Below are positions 9,062 to 18,786 of a DNA stretch of 64,000 nucleotides, one piece after another (position 1 is the stretch's first letter; every line of letters begins with the position of its first letter). Position numbers and translations under genes: made by a program. The stretch is from Myxococcales bacterium (lineage in GTDB: Bacteria > Myxococcota_A > Polyangia > Fen-1088), in the NCBI GenBank assembly GCA_022184915.1, contig JAGTJU010000008.1, positions 81,232-145,231 on the forward strand, written 5' to 3'. The notes under the pieces are model-generated. The model did not search any database, was not told the DNA's origin, and was given only the letters and a program-made list of their open reading frames with translations.

Positions 9062-9868
9062 GTGTCCAAAGTCATCGTTGTCACCTCGGGTAAGGGTGGG
9101 GTCGGAAAGACCACCACCAGCGCCAATCTCGCCGCAGGGCTCGCCATGCGTGGCCACAAAACGGTGGCCATCGACTTCGACGTGGGCCTGCGCAACCTGG
9201 ATCTCGTCCTCGGCTGCGAGCGTCGCGTGGTGTACGACTTCGTCAACGTCATCAAGAACGAAGCCAAGCTTCAGCAAGCCTTGATCAAAGACAAGCGCAT
9301 CGAGAACCTCTACGTGCTGGCCGCGTCGCAGACCCGCGACAAAGACGCGCTCGAGGAAGAAGGTGTGGGCCGCGTGCTCGAGGAGCTCAAGACGATGGGC
9401 TTCGAGTACATCATCTGCGACTCGCCCGCCGGCATCGAAAAGGGCGCCCAGATGGCCATGTTCTTCGCCGATGAAGCCATCGTGGTGGCAAACCCCGAGG
9501 TGTCTTCGGTGCGTGACTCCGACCGCGTGTTGGGCCTGCTTGCCGCGAAGACCCGCGCCGCCTCGGGGGGCCAATCGATCAAGAGCCACCTTCTGCTCAC
9601 GCGCTACAACCCCGCGCGCGTCAAGAAGGGGGAGATGCTGAGCGTCGAGGACATCCTGGAGCTGCTCGGCATTCCTCTTTTGGGCGTCATCCCCGAATCC
9701 AAGGTCGTGTTGCTCTCGTCGAACAAGGGCACCCCGGCCATCCTCGACGAGGAAAGCGATGCGGCGCAGGCCTACCTCGACGTCGTCTACCGGTTTCTCG
9801 GTGAAGAGCGCGAGCAGCGGTTCATCAACGAAGAAAAGCGCGGCATCTTGGCGCGCCTCTTCGGCTAA
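9062..9868 (+). CDS. minD: Septum site-determining protein MinD
   Basis: Deviant Walker A KGGVGKTT, DFDVGLRNLD, DSPAGIE and a C-terminal amphipathic targeting helix (GILARLFG). Confidence 0.97.
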   Translation: MSKVIVVTSGKGGVGKTTTSANLAAGLAMRGHKTVAIDFDVGLRNLDLVLGCERRVVYDFVNVIKNEAKLQQALIKDKRIENLYVLAASQTRDKDALEEEGVGRVLEELKTMGFEYIICDSPAGIEKGAQMAMFFADEAIVVANPEVSSVRDSDRVLGLLAAKTRAASGGQSIKSHLLLTRYNPARVKKGEMLSVEDILELLGIPLLGVIPESKVVLLSSNKGTPAILDEESDAAQAYLDVVYRFLGEEREQRFINEEKRGILARLFG

Positions 9869-9890
9869 CCGAACAACCGGGGGAGCTGAG

Positions 9891-10178
9891 ATGTCATTGA
9901 TCGACTTTTTTCGGCGCCAGCCCAGGCCCGCGAGCCTGGCCAAGGAGCGCTTGTCCATCATCGTCGCGCGCGAGCGGGCCGCCACGCGCGGGGGCCCCGA
10001 CTATCTTCCGCAGCTTCAGCAAGAGCTGCTGGCTGTACTGGCCAAATACGAGGTCATCGATCTGCAGAACGTCTCGGTCAGTCTCGATCGCCGGGACGAC
10101 TGCGAGGTGCTCGAGCTCAACGTGGTGCTGCCCGAAGTGGAAAGCCCACCGGCCCCGCGCCGGTTCGCGGCCAGTTAG
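9891..10178 (+). CDS. minE: Cell division topological specificity factor MinE
   Basis: MSLIDFF..ASLAKERLSIIVARER..PDYLPQLQQELLAVLAKY..LELNVVLP. Start at ATG 9891 after GGGAG. Confidence 0.95.
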   Translation: MSLIDFFRRQPRPASLAKERLSIIVARERAATRGGPDYLPQLQQELLAVLAKYEVIDLQNVSVSLDRRDDCEVLELNVVLPEVESPPAPRRFAAS

Positions 10179-10185
10179 CCTGCCA

Positions 10186-10213
10186 GCCCCCCAGCTCGCA
10201 AAGCTGAGGGGGC
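10186..10213. terminator. Hairpin between convergent minE and lipoprotein genes
   Basis: GCCCCC-CAGCT-CGCAA-AGCTG-A-GGGGGC inverted repeat in the 38-nt gap. Confidence 0.45.
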
Positions 10214-10216
10214 GCG

Positions 10217-10918
10217 CTAGGGTGTGCAGGCGGGCGGCAACGTGGGCGGCATACACGACGCGGCCGCCGCAAAGCCCGGCGGCAGGCAGCCCGAGGAAAA
10301 CAGGTGGCAGGCGCCACTCGGGCTTGCGGCCCAGGTGAGCGCCGTATCGCAAGCCTGTCCCGATTTCGCGCACGAAAGCGGCACCTCGGGTAGCAGGCAC
10401 TGCCGCGCGAGATCCAGCGGCGCGCCAGCCAGCGTCTCGCAAAACGCATCCGTTTGGCACGCGGCCACGGGCTTGGCCTCACAGTCTGCGCAGGCCGCCT
10501 CGGTCGCACAACTCATCACGAAGTTCGCGACCGAGACGAGCTCCAACGCGGGACCCACGCGGCGCAAGCTGCCCGTGGCCACCACGTTCGAATTGTCAGG
10601 CGCCACGGTCACCCGGGGCACGCCGCGCTCAAAGAGCAGATCCCGCACGCAGGACGCACGATGTGCGAGCGCGTCTGCGCTCACCGGCTTGCCATCGGCG
10701 TTCGCGGGCGCGAGGTTGATCACGAACCCCAAGGTGCGGTCGGGCTGGTTCGCCAGCTGGGCACAGCGGTTGGCCGAATCGGCGCAGATAGGGCCGCGCC
10801 TGATGTCAGGCTTCCACACGTCATCGCAGTCGTCACCCAGACACCCCGCCGTCCAGGACAACAGAGACAGGCCCAACGCGCAGAGGCCAAGGTGTGTTCC
10901 AAGACGCTTCACGATCAT
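10217..10918 (-). CDS. Cys-rich putative lipoprotein, unknown function
   Basis: Lipobox-like TAGC after a hydrophobic N-terminus, many cysteines, and a 4-nt overlap with the DAHP synthase stop. Confidence 0.6.
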   Translation of the reverse strand: MIVKRLGTHLGLCALGLSLLSWTAGCLGDDCDDVWKPDIRRGPICADSANRCAQLANQPDRTLGFVINLAPANADGKPVSADALAHRASCVRDLLFERGVPRVTVAPDNSNVVATGSLRRVGPALELVSVANFVMSCATEAACADCEAKPVAACQTDAFCETLAGAPLDLARQCLLPEVPLSCAKSGQACDTALTWAASPSGACHLFSSGCLPPGFAAAASCMPPTLPPACTP

Positions 10919-12351
10919 CGCCTCCCGTCCGTTGCGGCGCCAGGTGCCCCGTTCATCAACTTGGCCATACCGAAGGCCATCTCCAGCGCTTGACGGTAGT
11001 TGAGCCGCGGATCGCAGGCGCTTGCGTAGTTGCGATCGAGATCAGCCTCGGAGAGACCGCCCCCGATGCACTCGGTGACGTCGTCTCCCGTGAGCTCGAA
11101 GTGCACGCCCGCCAGCACCGAGCCCAAGGCGGCGTGCACCGCGAAGGTGCGCTCGACCTCGGCCTGGATGTCGTCGAAGCTGCGGGTTTTAACTCCGCTG
11201 CCCAGCACGCGCCCATTGCCGTGCATGGGATCGCTCACCCACGACACCCGGCGGCCCGCTTGCTTGACGGCCTGGATCAGCTTCGGCAGCACGCTTTCGA
11301 CGTTGTCGGCGCCCATGCGGGTGATGAGCAAGAGCTTGCCGGCCTCGTTGCTCGGGTTCAAAGCCTCGACCAACCTCACCACTTCGTCCGCCGTGGCCTT
11401 GGGGCCCACCTTGACCCCCACCGGGTTGCGGATGCCGCGGAAGAACTCGACGTGGGCCCCTTGCAAGTCGCGCGTGCGTTCCCCGATCCAGGGCAGGTGG
11501 GTGGTGAGGTCGTAGTGCCCCTCGCGCCGGGGCACTTTGCGGGTCTGTGCGGCCTCGTAATGCAAGGAGAGCCCTTCGTGGCTCGTGAAGAACTCGACCC
11601 GGGTGAGATCGTCCACCTTGGCCTCACCAAGGGCCTCCATGAAGCGGATGGCTTCGCCGATCTCGCGGGTCATGCGCGTGTAGTCCTCACGCAGCCCCGC
11701 GGGAAGCTCGGCGCGCGACAGCTGGCTCAGGTCCCAAAACTCCGGGTGATGCAGGTCAGCGAAACCGCCCATCGAGAGCGAGCGCACAAAGTTGATCGTG
11801 GCGGCGGCGTGCAAGTAGGCCTGCAGCAAGAGCTCGGGATCGGGGGTGCGGGCCTCGACGGTGAAGTCTTGCCGGTTCACCAGATCCCCGAAGTAGCTCG
11901 GAAGCTCCACGTCGCCCCGCAGCTCCGAAGGTTTCGAGCGGGGCTTGGCGTATTGGCCGGCGAAGCGGCCCACGCGGATGATGGGGCGCTTCGAGCCGTG
12001 GATGAGCACCACGGACATCTGCAGCAAGATCTTGAGCTTGTTGGCGATGACGTCGGGGCGACAGTCAGCCAGCGTCTCGGCGCAATCTCCGCCTTGCAGC
12101 AGGAAGCGCTTGCCTTCCTCGGCATCGGCCATGAGGCTGCGCAGGCGCTCGATCTCCCATGACGTGACGAGCGGAGGCAAGGAACTGAGCTTCTCGGTCA
12201 CCTGCGCGAGCTTGTCGGGGTCGGGGTAGGCCACCTCCTGGGCCAGCGGACGGCTCTTCCATGACGCAGGGGTCCAGGGCCGGGGCGCCGGGGCGCCTTC
12301 GGTCGTGCGGGCAACTTCGGGAAGAACGTCGGACGCGGGCAGGCGGGTCAT
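10915..12351 (-). CDS. Class II 3-deoxy-D-arabino-heptulosonate 7-phosphate (DAHP) synthase
   Basis: LQGGDCAE, GRFAGQYAKPRS, FFTSHEGL, WIGERTR, DPMHGN and CDPRLN are class II motifs. Start ATG 12351 (alternative TTG 12363). Confidence 0.95.
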   Translation of the reverse strand: MTRLPASDVLPEVARTTEGAPAPRPWTPASWKSRPLAQEVAYPDPDKLAQVTEKLSSLPPLVTSWEIERLRSLMADAEEGKRFLLQGGDCAETLADCRPDVIANKLKILLQMSVVLIHGSKRPIIRVGRFAGQYAKPRSKPSELRGDVELPSYFGDLVNRQDFTVEARTPDPELLLQAYLHAAATINFVRSLSMGGFADLHHPEFWDLSQLSRAELPAGLREDYTRMTREIGEAIRFMEALGEAKVDDLTRVEFFTSHEGLSLHYEAAQTRKVPRREGHYDLTTHLPWIGERTRDLQGAHVEFFRGIRNPVGVKVGPKATADEVVRLVEALNPSNEAGKLLLITRMGADNVESVLPKLIQAVKQAGRRVSWVSDPMHGNGRVLGSGVKTRSFDDIQAEVERTFAVHAALGSVLAGVHFELTGDDVTECIGGGLSEADLDRNYASACDPRLNYRQALEMAFGMAKLMNGAPGAATDGRR

Positions 12352-12449
12352 GGGAACGGCCAAATCTAGCAGGCGAATCCTCGCGGGCAGGCCTCGACCC
12401 GCCGAGGGCTGGCCTTGTCGGGCGGGCCTGCGCTAGCGTGCGGCTCGCC

Positions 12450-13124
12450 ATGGCGCCCCGCTCCTCCCCTCCCCAGCCGCTCGACGACACGAGGCGCGTC
12501 TTCGCCGCCGGTCCTGACACTCTGGTGGAGTCAGCGGGGGTGCGGCAGGCCTGGCACAGGGGGCGCTCGCGCTATGCCGTGTGGATCGTGCGGGTGGACG
12601 ACCCCGAGGTGCATGCGCGTGTGGCGGCCGCCCAGCGCACCCTGTCCGCGTGGATCGAGCCGCTGGGCGCCGAGGATCTGCACATCACGTTGGCCGTGGC
12701 CGGCTTCGTGGCGCCGCGGGCTACGGCCAATGACGACGTCACGCCCACCGCCCTCGCGCAGCAAGCGGCCCTCGCGCGGACCGTCGGGGGCCCCTTCGTT
12801 TATCGGATCGGGGGCTTGCACTCGTTCCTGGGCGCGCCCTTCCTGGCCATCGAAGACGTGACGGGCAGCCTGGCGCGGCTCCACGGGGCTCTCACCGCAC
12901 CGGGATGCCCCCTGGCCCCTACACGCTACCTGCCCCACCTGACCGTGGGTCGCTATGCCGGACGTTTTCCCACACGCGATCTTTTGCCCGCGTTGGCCCG
13001 ACCCGATGAGCCGCCCCCACGGCAGCGGTGCTTCGATGAGGTCGAGCTCGTCACCTTCGCGGCGCGCACGCCCCACGCTCCCCTCGTCACGCGCGCACGC
13101 ATTCCGCTCGTGCCCGATCGATGA
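12450..13124 (+). CDS. 2H phosphoesterase / 2'-5' RNA ligase family protein
   Basis: Two HxT motifs (LHITL, PHLTV) about 80 aa apart. Confidence 0.75.
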   Translation: MAPRSSPPQPLDDTRRVFAAGPDTLVESAGVRQAWHRGRSRYAVWIVRVDDPEVHARVAAAQRTLSAWIEPLGAEDLHITLAVAGFVAPRATANDDVTPTALAQQAALARTVGGPFVYRIGGLHSFLGAPFLAIEDVTGSLARLHGALTAPGCPLAPTRYLPHLTVGRYAGRFPTRDLLPALARPDEPPPRQRCFDEVELVTFAARTPHAPLVTRARIPLVPDR

Positions 13125-13168
13125 GCGGCGGCCTACCCCTACACCGGCGGTGTATCGGCGCCTGACCC

Positions 13169-13191
13169 TGAGACGTCTCATGAACGTCTCA
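13169..13191. promoter_or_regulatory. Candidate transcription-factor site (palindrome plus 11-bp-spaced direct repeat)
   Basis: TGAGACGTCTCA is a perfect 12-bp palindrome (13169-13180). ACGTCTCA repeats at 13173 and 13184, about 135 nt upstream of the 13325 operon. Confidence 0.3.
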
Positions 13192-13324
13192 CCCAGGCCC
13201 CTCGTGCCCCCTGCGGCAGCGGCGTCGCCAAGCATAACGAGAGGTTGCCAAGCCCATCGCCTGCGCACGTGCCTTGCAGTGCCCCCCGGCACCGATGGGC
13301 ACGTACGCACGCAGCAGTCGTTCG

Positions 13325-14489
13325 ATGAGACAGTGGGCCTGCGCCTGCACCTTGTTCGTGTTGGCCGCGTGTGAGCCTCGCGACGCACCCAACGCCCCCA
13401 AGGTGTGGTCGCTGCCCGCGCTCGAACAGGCATTTCATGTCGGGGCTGTCGGTGCTGCAGGGAAAAACCTTCCCGGGCGGCATTCGTGCGGCCACGTTCT
13501 TCGAGCCGAATGCCGACGGCACGAGCCGTCTTCGCGTGCTGCCCGCATTTTCCGAAGGTATGCCCGCCGCCTACGTCGCGGCAGAGATGTGGACCGGCTA
13601 CGACGAGATCTGGCTGCAGCCCTGGTATTCGCTGGTCACCGCCTGGGACGAAAAAGCGCCTTCCACGTACCGACTGAAAGATGCCGACGGCAAGGTGGCG
13701 CCCGCGATCTACGACGTGGATGTCGAGAGCACGTTCTACAGCCCCTTTTGGCGTGTGTTCTGGGTCGTGGTGCCCCCGGAGACCACGCCCAGCACCTACA
13801 CCGATAGCCGCGCCTTGCTCGCCGCCGGTTTGCCCATGTACCCGGGGCCCGCCTGGATCTACTCGATGCGTACGGCGTCCCTGAACTTGGGTGAAGGCAA
13901 GCCCAAACACCCGCTGCTCGGCAGCGAGGTGGGCGCCGTGGCCTTGGGGCCCGACGCCTGGGTCGAAGGCGACCTCAAACCTTCGATGAACCTGGGCGGC
14001 AACAACTTCACCTACGACAAGACCGACGTCGTGCACGAGGTGGCCCTGTTTTGGATGCACCCTCGGGGGACGCTGCCCGAGTCCGCGGCGGCGTGGCCCG
14101 GCGTCGTGGGCACGGGGCCCTTCGGCGCGCGCGCGCCTGCCCAGGTGGTGGGAAACCGCCCGCGCTTCGGCGGTTTGTGCCGGCTTTACCTCGCGGCCGT
14201 TCCCGTGACGGCCGCCCCCTTCGAGCCCGACGCCTCACCCGCGGCCTCGGCGCTGCTCACGGCCGCCAACCTCGACCCCGCCGCCTACCGCGGACGCGTG
14301 GCGCTGAACGCCAAGAAGGTCGCCATGAACGACAAGGCCTGCTTCGACGATCCCGGGTTTCCCGGAAGCTGCACCTGGCTCGACAGCCAAGCCGCCGTGG
14401 AGGACCGCCTGGGCGACGCCGCCATCACCCGCACGGAGATCCTGATGACCTGCCCCTTCGTGACCTACGCTGCAAAGGCCGTCAAATGA
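13325..14489 (+). CDS. Putative lipoprotein with an apparent +1 frameshift at ~13463-13467
   Basis: The lipobox frame (MRQWACACTLFVLAAC) starts at 13325, while the body (..TFPGGIRAATFF..YSPFWRVFWVVVP..) is in ORF 13371..14489. Deleting one A of the A5 run joins them as AAGKTFPGG. Confidence 0.6.
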
Positions 14490-15829
14490 GGGCGCGCGCT
14501 TTGCGCGGGTTGCCGTTCGTGCTCGCGATCGTGGGGCTGCTGGCCCCCGGTTCGCACGCGTACGCCGCCCCCGCGCCGCACGCTGTGCCCAACGACGACG
14601 CGTTCGACGACGCAGCGGAAGACGAAACGCTCGACGATGGTGAGCCCGTGCCCAACCGCGAGCCCCTCACGTTCCGCGGCTACGTCGACGTGGGGTACGC
14701 CAAGGCCCAGGGCAACGGCACGAGCTACGCGCCCAACGACACCCGCTTGCCTGCCGACTACCGCGTGGACACGTTTGCCCCCGCCGTCAACAGCTTCGGG
14801 GACGTGGCCGCCACGGACGCAGGCAATCGCTTCGTCAATGGCTTTTTGCCCACCACGACCGGCCAGGGTGGCAAGGGCTCGTTCCTGCTCAACGTCTTGA
14901 GCCTCGACACCCGCTATGAACCCGAAGGCTCGCCGCTCACGATTTTTGCGCGCGTGCAGCTGTTTCCCAGGTATCTCGACGGCCAGGAGCAAAGCCGCCT
15001 GTGGGTGGAACAAGCCTTTGGACGTCTTCAGCCTTTTGCCTCGAAAGAGTTCACGATCACCTTGGGCAAGCTGGATTCGGTCTTCGGCATCGAATACCTC
15101 GAAAACCAGTCGAACTTCCGCACCGGAGTGACACCCTCGCTCTTTGCTCGCTACACCACGGGCCGCTCTGTGGGCGCCAAGGTGTTCTTTCGCCAGCAGA
15201 TCCCCGCGCTGTGGTCCGCCTTGAGCCTCAACGCGTCGGCCACCAACAGCGGCACGTTCGTCGAAGCGCTACAGCCCACGAGCCGCAGCTTGACGGGCAC
15301 GCCGGTGCTGGCGGCCCGCCTGGGGTATGAGTTCAATCACCCCCGCGTGGGCGTGAAACTGGGTGCCAGCGGCCTTTACGGCCCGCGCAACGATCAGACC
15401 TCGGCGGAGGCCGAGCAACGCATGTTCGGCGTCGACGCCCGTGTGTTCCTGCTGGGTCTGGCGCTGTCCGGCGAGTACCTCGACGTGCGCAAGGGCCTCG
15501 GCGCCGACACGGGCAAGTACACCGGCCTTGGCGTTTATCCTCTGGCCTCGGGTTTCGAGGCGCGCGGGTTTTACGCGCAGGCCGCCTACGTGCTGCGGGT
15601 GGGCTGGCGGGCGTTGTCCAACATCGTTCCCTACGGCCGCTACGAGCGCCGGCGGGCCGCCTTCGAGGGCTTCGGCAGCCTCACGGTGGACCGCCTCACC
15701 GCCGGGCTGCGGCTCGACTTTTGGGAGTCCCTGCTGGTGAAGGTCGAGTTTCTGCGCAACCGCGAGTTGGCGGGAGCGCTTCCCGTCAACAACGACGTGC
15801 TCACGTCGTCGGTGGTGTTTTCCTGGTGA
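14486..15829 (+). CDS. Outer-membrane beta-barrel / porin-like protein
   Basis: Signal peptide, amphipathic beta-strands (FRGYVDVGY, GKLDSVFGIEY, YGRYE) and a terminal aromatic residue (VVFSW). ATGA overlap with the upstream gene. Confidence 0.7.
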   Translation: MRARALRGLPFVLAIVGLLAPGSHAYAAPAPHAVPNDDAFDDAAEDETLDDGEPVPNREPLTFRGYVDVGYAKAQGNGTSYAPNDTRLPADYRVDTFAPAVNSFGDVAATDAGNRFVNGFLPTTTGQGGKGSFLLNVLSLDTRYEPEGSPLTIFARVQLFPRYLDGQEQSRLWVEQAFGRLQPFASKEFTITLGKLDSVFGIEYLENQSNFRTGVTPSLFARYTTGRSVGAKVFFRQQIPALWSALSLNASATNSGTFVEALQPTSRSLTGTPVLAARLGYEFNHPRVGVKLGASGLYGPRNDQTSAEAEQRMFGVDARVFLLGLALSGEYLDVRKGLGADTGKYTGLGVYPLASGFEARGFYAQAAYVLRVGWRALSNIVPYGRYERRRAAFEGFGSLTVDRLTAGLRLDFWESLLVKVEFLRNRELAGALPVNNDVLTSSVVFSW

Positions 15830-15840
15830 AAGGTACACGA

Positions 15841-16854
15841 ATGGCAAAAGCGACCTATGGCTCCCTCACGCTCGCCGCGGCGTCTTTGCTGCTGGCGCCG
15901 GCTGCCGCGCACGCCGGGGACACCAAATGTTCCTGCACGGGTGAAGTCACCCCGCTGCCCCTCGAGGCCAAGACCCCCGACGATCTCGCCTTCAAGGCGC
16001 TCGTCGAACGCCACTATCTCATGGTCAACCTGCTCACGGCGGCCCGCGCTGCCACGCAACGGCACGACCACGCCACCGCGATGGCCAAGTGGGAAGCCCT
16101 GGCACGCATCCCCGACCTGCCGCCCGACGTGGCGCACGAGGTGAATCTGGCGCTCGGCCGTGCGGAGCAAGACCACGCCGCGCCCGAGGTAGCCACACAC
16201 AGGGACGGGGCGCTGCCCGTCGAGATCGACGTCGCCCCCAGACGTCGAACCACGGCCGCCACGCTGGTGAGCGGCCGCGTGATGGGCGGCGGCTCCCGGG
16301 GGCCCGGCAACACGGTGGTGTGGCTCAAGCCGCTCGATCGGCCCATGCCCCCTCTGCCCGCCGTGAAGAAGGTGATCAAGCAGAAGAACAAGCGCTTTTT
16401 GCCTCACGTCGTGGCCGTTCCCGTGGGCAGCCGCGTGGCCTTCGTCAACGACGACGAAATTCATCACAACGTCTTCTCATCCACGAAACCCAACGACTTC
16501 GACAGCGGCCTTTACGGCAAGGGAGGGGCCTTCGGCCAGGTGTTCGACAAGGCAGGGCCCGTCGAGATCCTGTGCAACATCCACGCGAGCATGAACGCCT
16601 ACGTTTACGTGGTCGAAAGCCCGTACTACGCGGTGGCCAACGGCTCCGGGGCGTTCCGCATCCCCAACGTTCCTCCGGGCCGGTACCAGCTCGAGGCCTG
16701 GAACGAAGGCTCTTCGGGGACTGTCTCACAAAAGATCCAGGTGGGGCCAAGCGGCGCACCTGCCGTGGTGGTGAGCATGGCGGGCGACAAAGGGTCTCGA
16801 GGCCCAGCCCCCGACAAGTACGGCCGACCCCGCCAAGAACACATTGGCTACTAG
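15841..16854 (+). CDS. Exported cupredoxin-like / carboxypeptidase-regulatory-like protein
   Basis: Signal peptide, then QKNKRFLPHVVAV, HNVFS and CNIHASM (His/Cys/His/Met), followed by GAFRIPNVPPGRYQLEAW. Confidence 0.75.
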   Translation: MAKATYGSLTLAAASLLLAPAAAHAGDTKCSCTGEVTPLPLEAKTPDDLAFKALVERHYLMVNLLTAARAATQRHDHATAMAKWEALARIPDLPPDVAHEVNLALGRAEQDHAAPEVATHRDGALPVEIDVAPRRRTTAATLVSGRVMGGGSRGPGNTVVWLKPLDRPMPPLPAVKKVIKQKNKRFLPHVVAVPVGSRVAFVNDDEIHHNVFSSTKPNDFDSGLYGKGGAFGQVFDKAGPVEILCNIHASMNAYVYVVESPYYAVANGSGAFRIPNVPPGRYQLEAWNEGSSGTVSQKIQVGPSGAPAVVVSMAGDKGSRGPAPDKYGRPRQEHIGY

Positions 16855-16860
16855 GAGCTC

Positions 16861-18786
16861 GTGATGGCGCTCTTTGGGAACTCCTCCCTCTCGAAACGTG
16901 TCGCAGGCGCCCTCGCCGTCGCGGCGTTCGCAGCGGCAGGGTACGTTGGCCTCGCCGACCTCGAACGGGGGGCCGCGCACAGCCGCGCCCACGCACAGGC
17001 CGAGCGGGCCCGACAGAGCGTGCAGGAGGCGCTCGACCGCGAGGTCTTGGGCCTCGAGCTCGCGGGACACAACGCTGCCAGCAGCCCCCGCCTGGTGGCG
17101 GCCGTGCGCGCCAACGTCTCGCCGTCCACGCTGCGCGACATCTTCGAGACCGAATCCTGGTGGCAGCCCTACCGCGAGGCGTTTCCAAGCCAAGGGCTTG
17201 CGGAGCGCGAGGGCACGGCCAACACGCTCATGGGGACGAAGCTCGAAGGGCCCGCCCTCGATCGTCTCGTGGCCCGTGCGCGCCGCGACCGCAAGCCCGC
17301 AGGAGGGCTCATCGACATCGGGTCGCGTGCCTTTCAAGTCGTGGCGGCGCCCATGCTGCTCACCGACGCGGCCACCATCCCCGTCCTGCTTCTGGCCCGC
17401 CCGTTTGCTCTGCAAAGCCTCGAGGTGCTCGCGCGGGCTGCGAACGCCACGGTGGCCCTCTACGAAGGCGAGCGGCTCCGTGCCGCCGCGGGCCGCAGCG
17501 CCGCCCCCGCGCGCACCTCCCCAAACGCGTTCCCCACGGTCACGTCGAGGCTTCCGCTCGATGGCTTGCTGGCCCTCGTGGTCACCCCCAACGAGGTGGC
17601 ACCCGACCGGCGCTGGACTTTGGGGATGGCGGGCGCGCGGGCGGGCCTTTGCTTGCTCGCGACGCTGCTCGCCCTGTGGATCCTCTTTCGCCGCCGCCCC
17701 GAACCCCTCGTGCCAACGACGGCGCCCATCGACGACGCCGTGGGCCGGTATGCCTTGTTGAACAAGATCGGGGGTGGGGGCATGGCCGACGTGTATTTGG
17801 CCGTGGCCCGCGGCGAGCAAGGCTTCCGCCGCCCTTGCGTGGTCAAGCGCCTGCGCGCCGAACTGGCCTCCGATGCGCAGGTGGTGGCTCAGTTCACCGA
17901 CGAAGCCACGTTGGCGTCCTCGCTGGTCCATTCCCACATCGTGCCGATCTTCGACTTCGGCCGTCTGGGCGACCACTACTTCATCGTGCAGGAGTACGTG
18001 GCGGGCCGCGATCTCGGCAAGCTCAGCGCCCGGCTCGAAGCCCAACACCGCCCCCCCCTGCCCCCTGCGGCGGTGGCGCACATGGCCTGCGCCGTGTTGA
18101 GCGCGCTCGACTATGCGCACAACAAGTGCAGCGTGGAGGGGCGTCCGCTCGCGCTCGTTCACCGTGACGTGACACCCGAAAACATCATGGTCTCGCTGCA
18201 AGGCGAGGTGAAGCTGCTCGACTTCGGCGTCCTCAAGTCCAGCGAGGGCCGCTCGACCAAAACCGAGATGGGGGCCCTCAAGGGCAGCGTGAGCTTCATG
18301 TCACCCGAACAAGCCCGCTGCGTGGAGGTCGACGCCCGCGCCGATCTTTATTCGCTGGCCCTGGTCATGTACTTCTGCCTCACAGGCCGCGCCCTTTTCG
18401 AGGGCACCGCCAGCTACCAGATCCTCGTGAAGGCAGGGGCCGGCGTGGGCCCTGAAGAGGACGCCCGGCTCCGCTGCCTTCCCGCCGCGTTCGTGCCCCT
18501 TTTGTGCAAGGCGCTGGCGCCCCGGCTCGACGATCGGTTTCAAACGGCCCGCGAGTTCGCCGAGGCGTGTAAGCCCCTGTCCGCAGGGGGCGACGTGCTG
18601 CTGCGCCAGATCGTCAGCGAGCTCTTCGACGACGAGATCCTTTCCGAACAAGAGCTGTTGCGCGAAGGGCTCAAAGAGAACAGCCAAACCTTTCGTTCGA
18701 GCGCGGCTTTGCCCCCGGGCACCGGAACCCTGACCGATTCGCACGAGATCCCTGCGCTCACCCCCCAAGTTGCGAGGCGCCCATGA
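16861..18786 (+). CDS. Membrane Ser/Thr kinase with N-terminal extracytoplasmic (Cache-like) sensor region
   Basis: TM-periplasmic-TM arrangement followed by IGGGGMADV, VVKRL, HRDVTPEN and DFG. Confidence 0.9.
   Translation: MMALFGNSSLSKRVAGALAVAAFAAAGYVGLADLERGAAHSRAHAQAERARQSVQEALDREVLGLELAGHNAASSPRLVAAVRANVSPSTLRDIFETESWWQPYREAFPSQGLAEREGTANTLMGTKLEGPALDRLVARARRDRKPAGGLIDIGSRAFQVVAAPMLLTDAATIPVLLLARPFALQSLEVLARAANATVALYEGERLRAAAGRSAAPARTSPNAFPTVTSRLPLDGLLALVVTPNEVAPDRRWTLGMAGARAGLCLLATLLALWILFRRRPEPLVPTTAPIDDAVGRYALLNKIGGGGMADVYLAVARGEQGFRRPCVVKRLRAELASDAQVVAQFTDEATLASSLVHSHIVPIFDFGRLGDHYFIVQEYVAGRDLGKLSARLEAQHRPPLPPAAVAHMACAVLSALDYAHNKCSVEGRPLALVHRDVTPENIMVSLQGEVKLLDFGVLKSSEGRSTKTEMGALKGSVSFMSPEQARCVEVDARADLYSLALVMYFCLTGRALFEGTASYQILVKAGAGVGPEEDARLRCLPAAFVPLLCKALAPRLDDRFQTAREFAEACKPLSAGGDVLLRQIVSELFDDEILSEQELLREGLKENSQTFRSSAALPPGTGTLTDSHEIPALTPQVARRP

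Noticed and set aside
13460-13468. Programmed -1 ribosomal frameshift at GGGAAAAAC
   Set aside because: The required shift is +1, and the heptamer is not phased as X XXY YYZ in the upstream frame.
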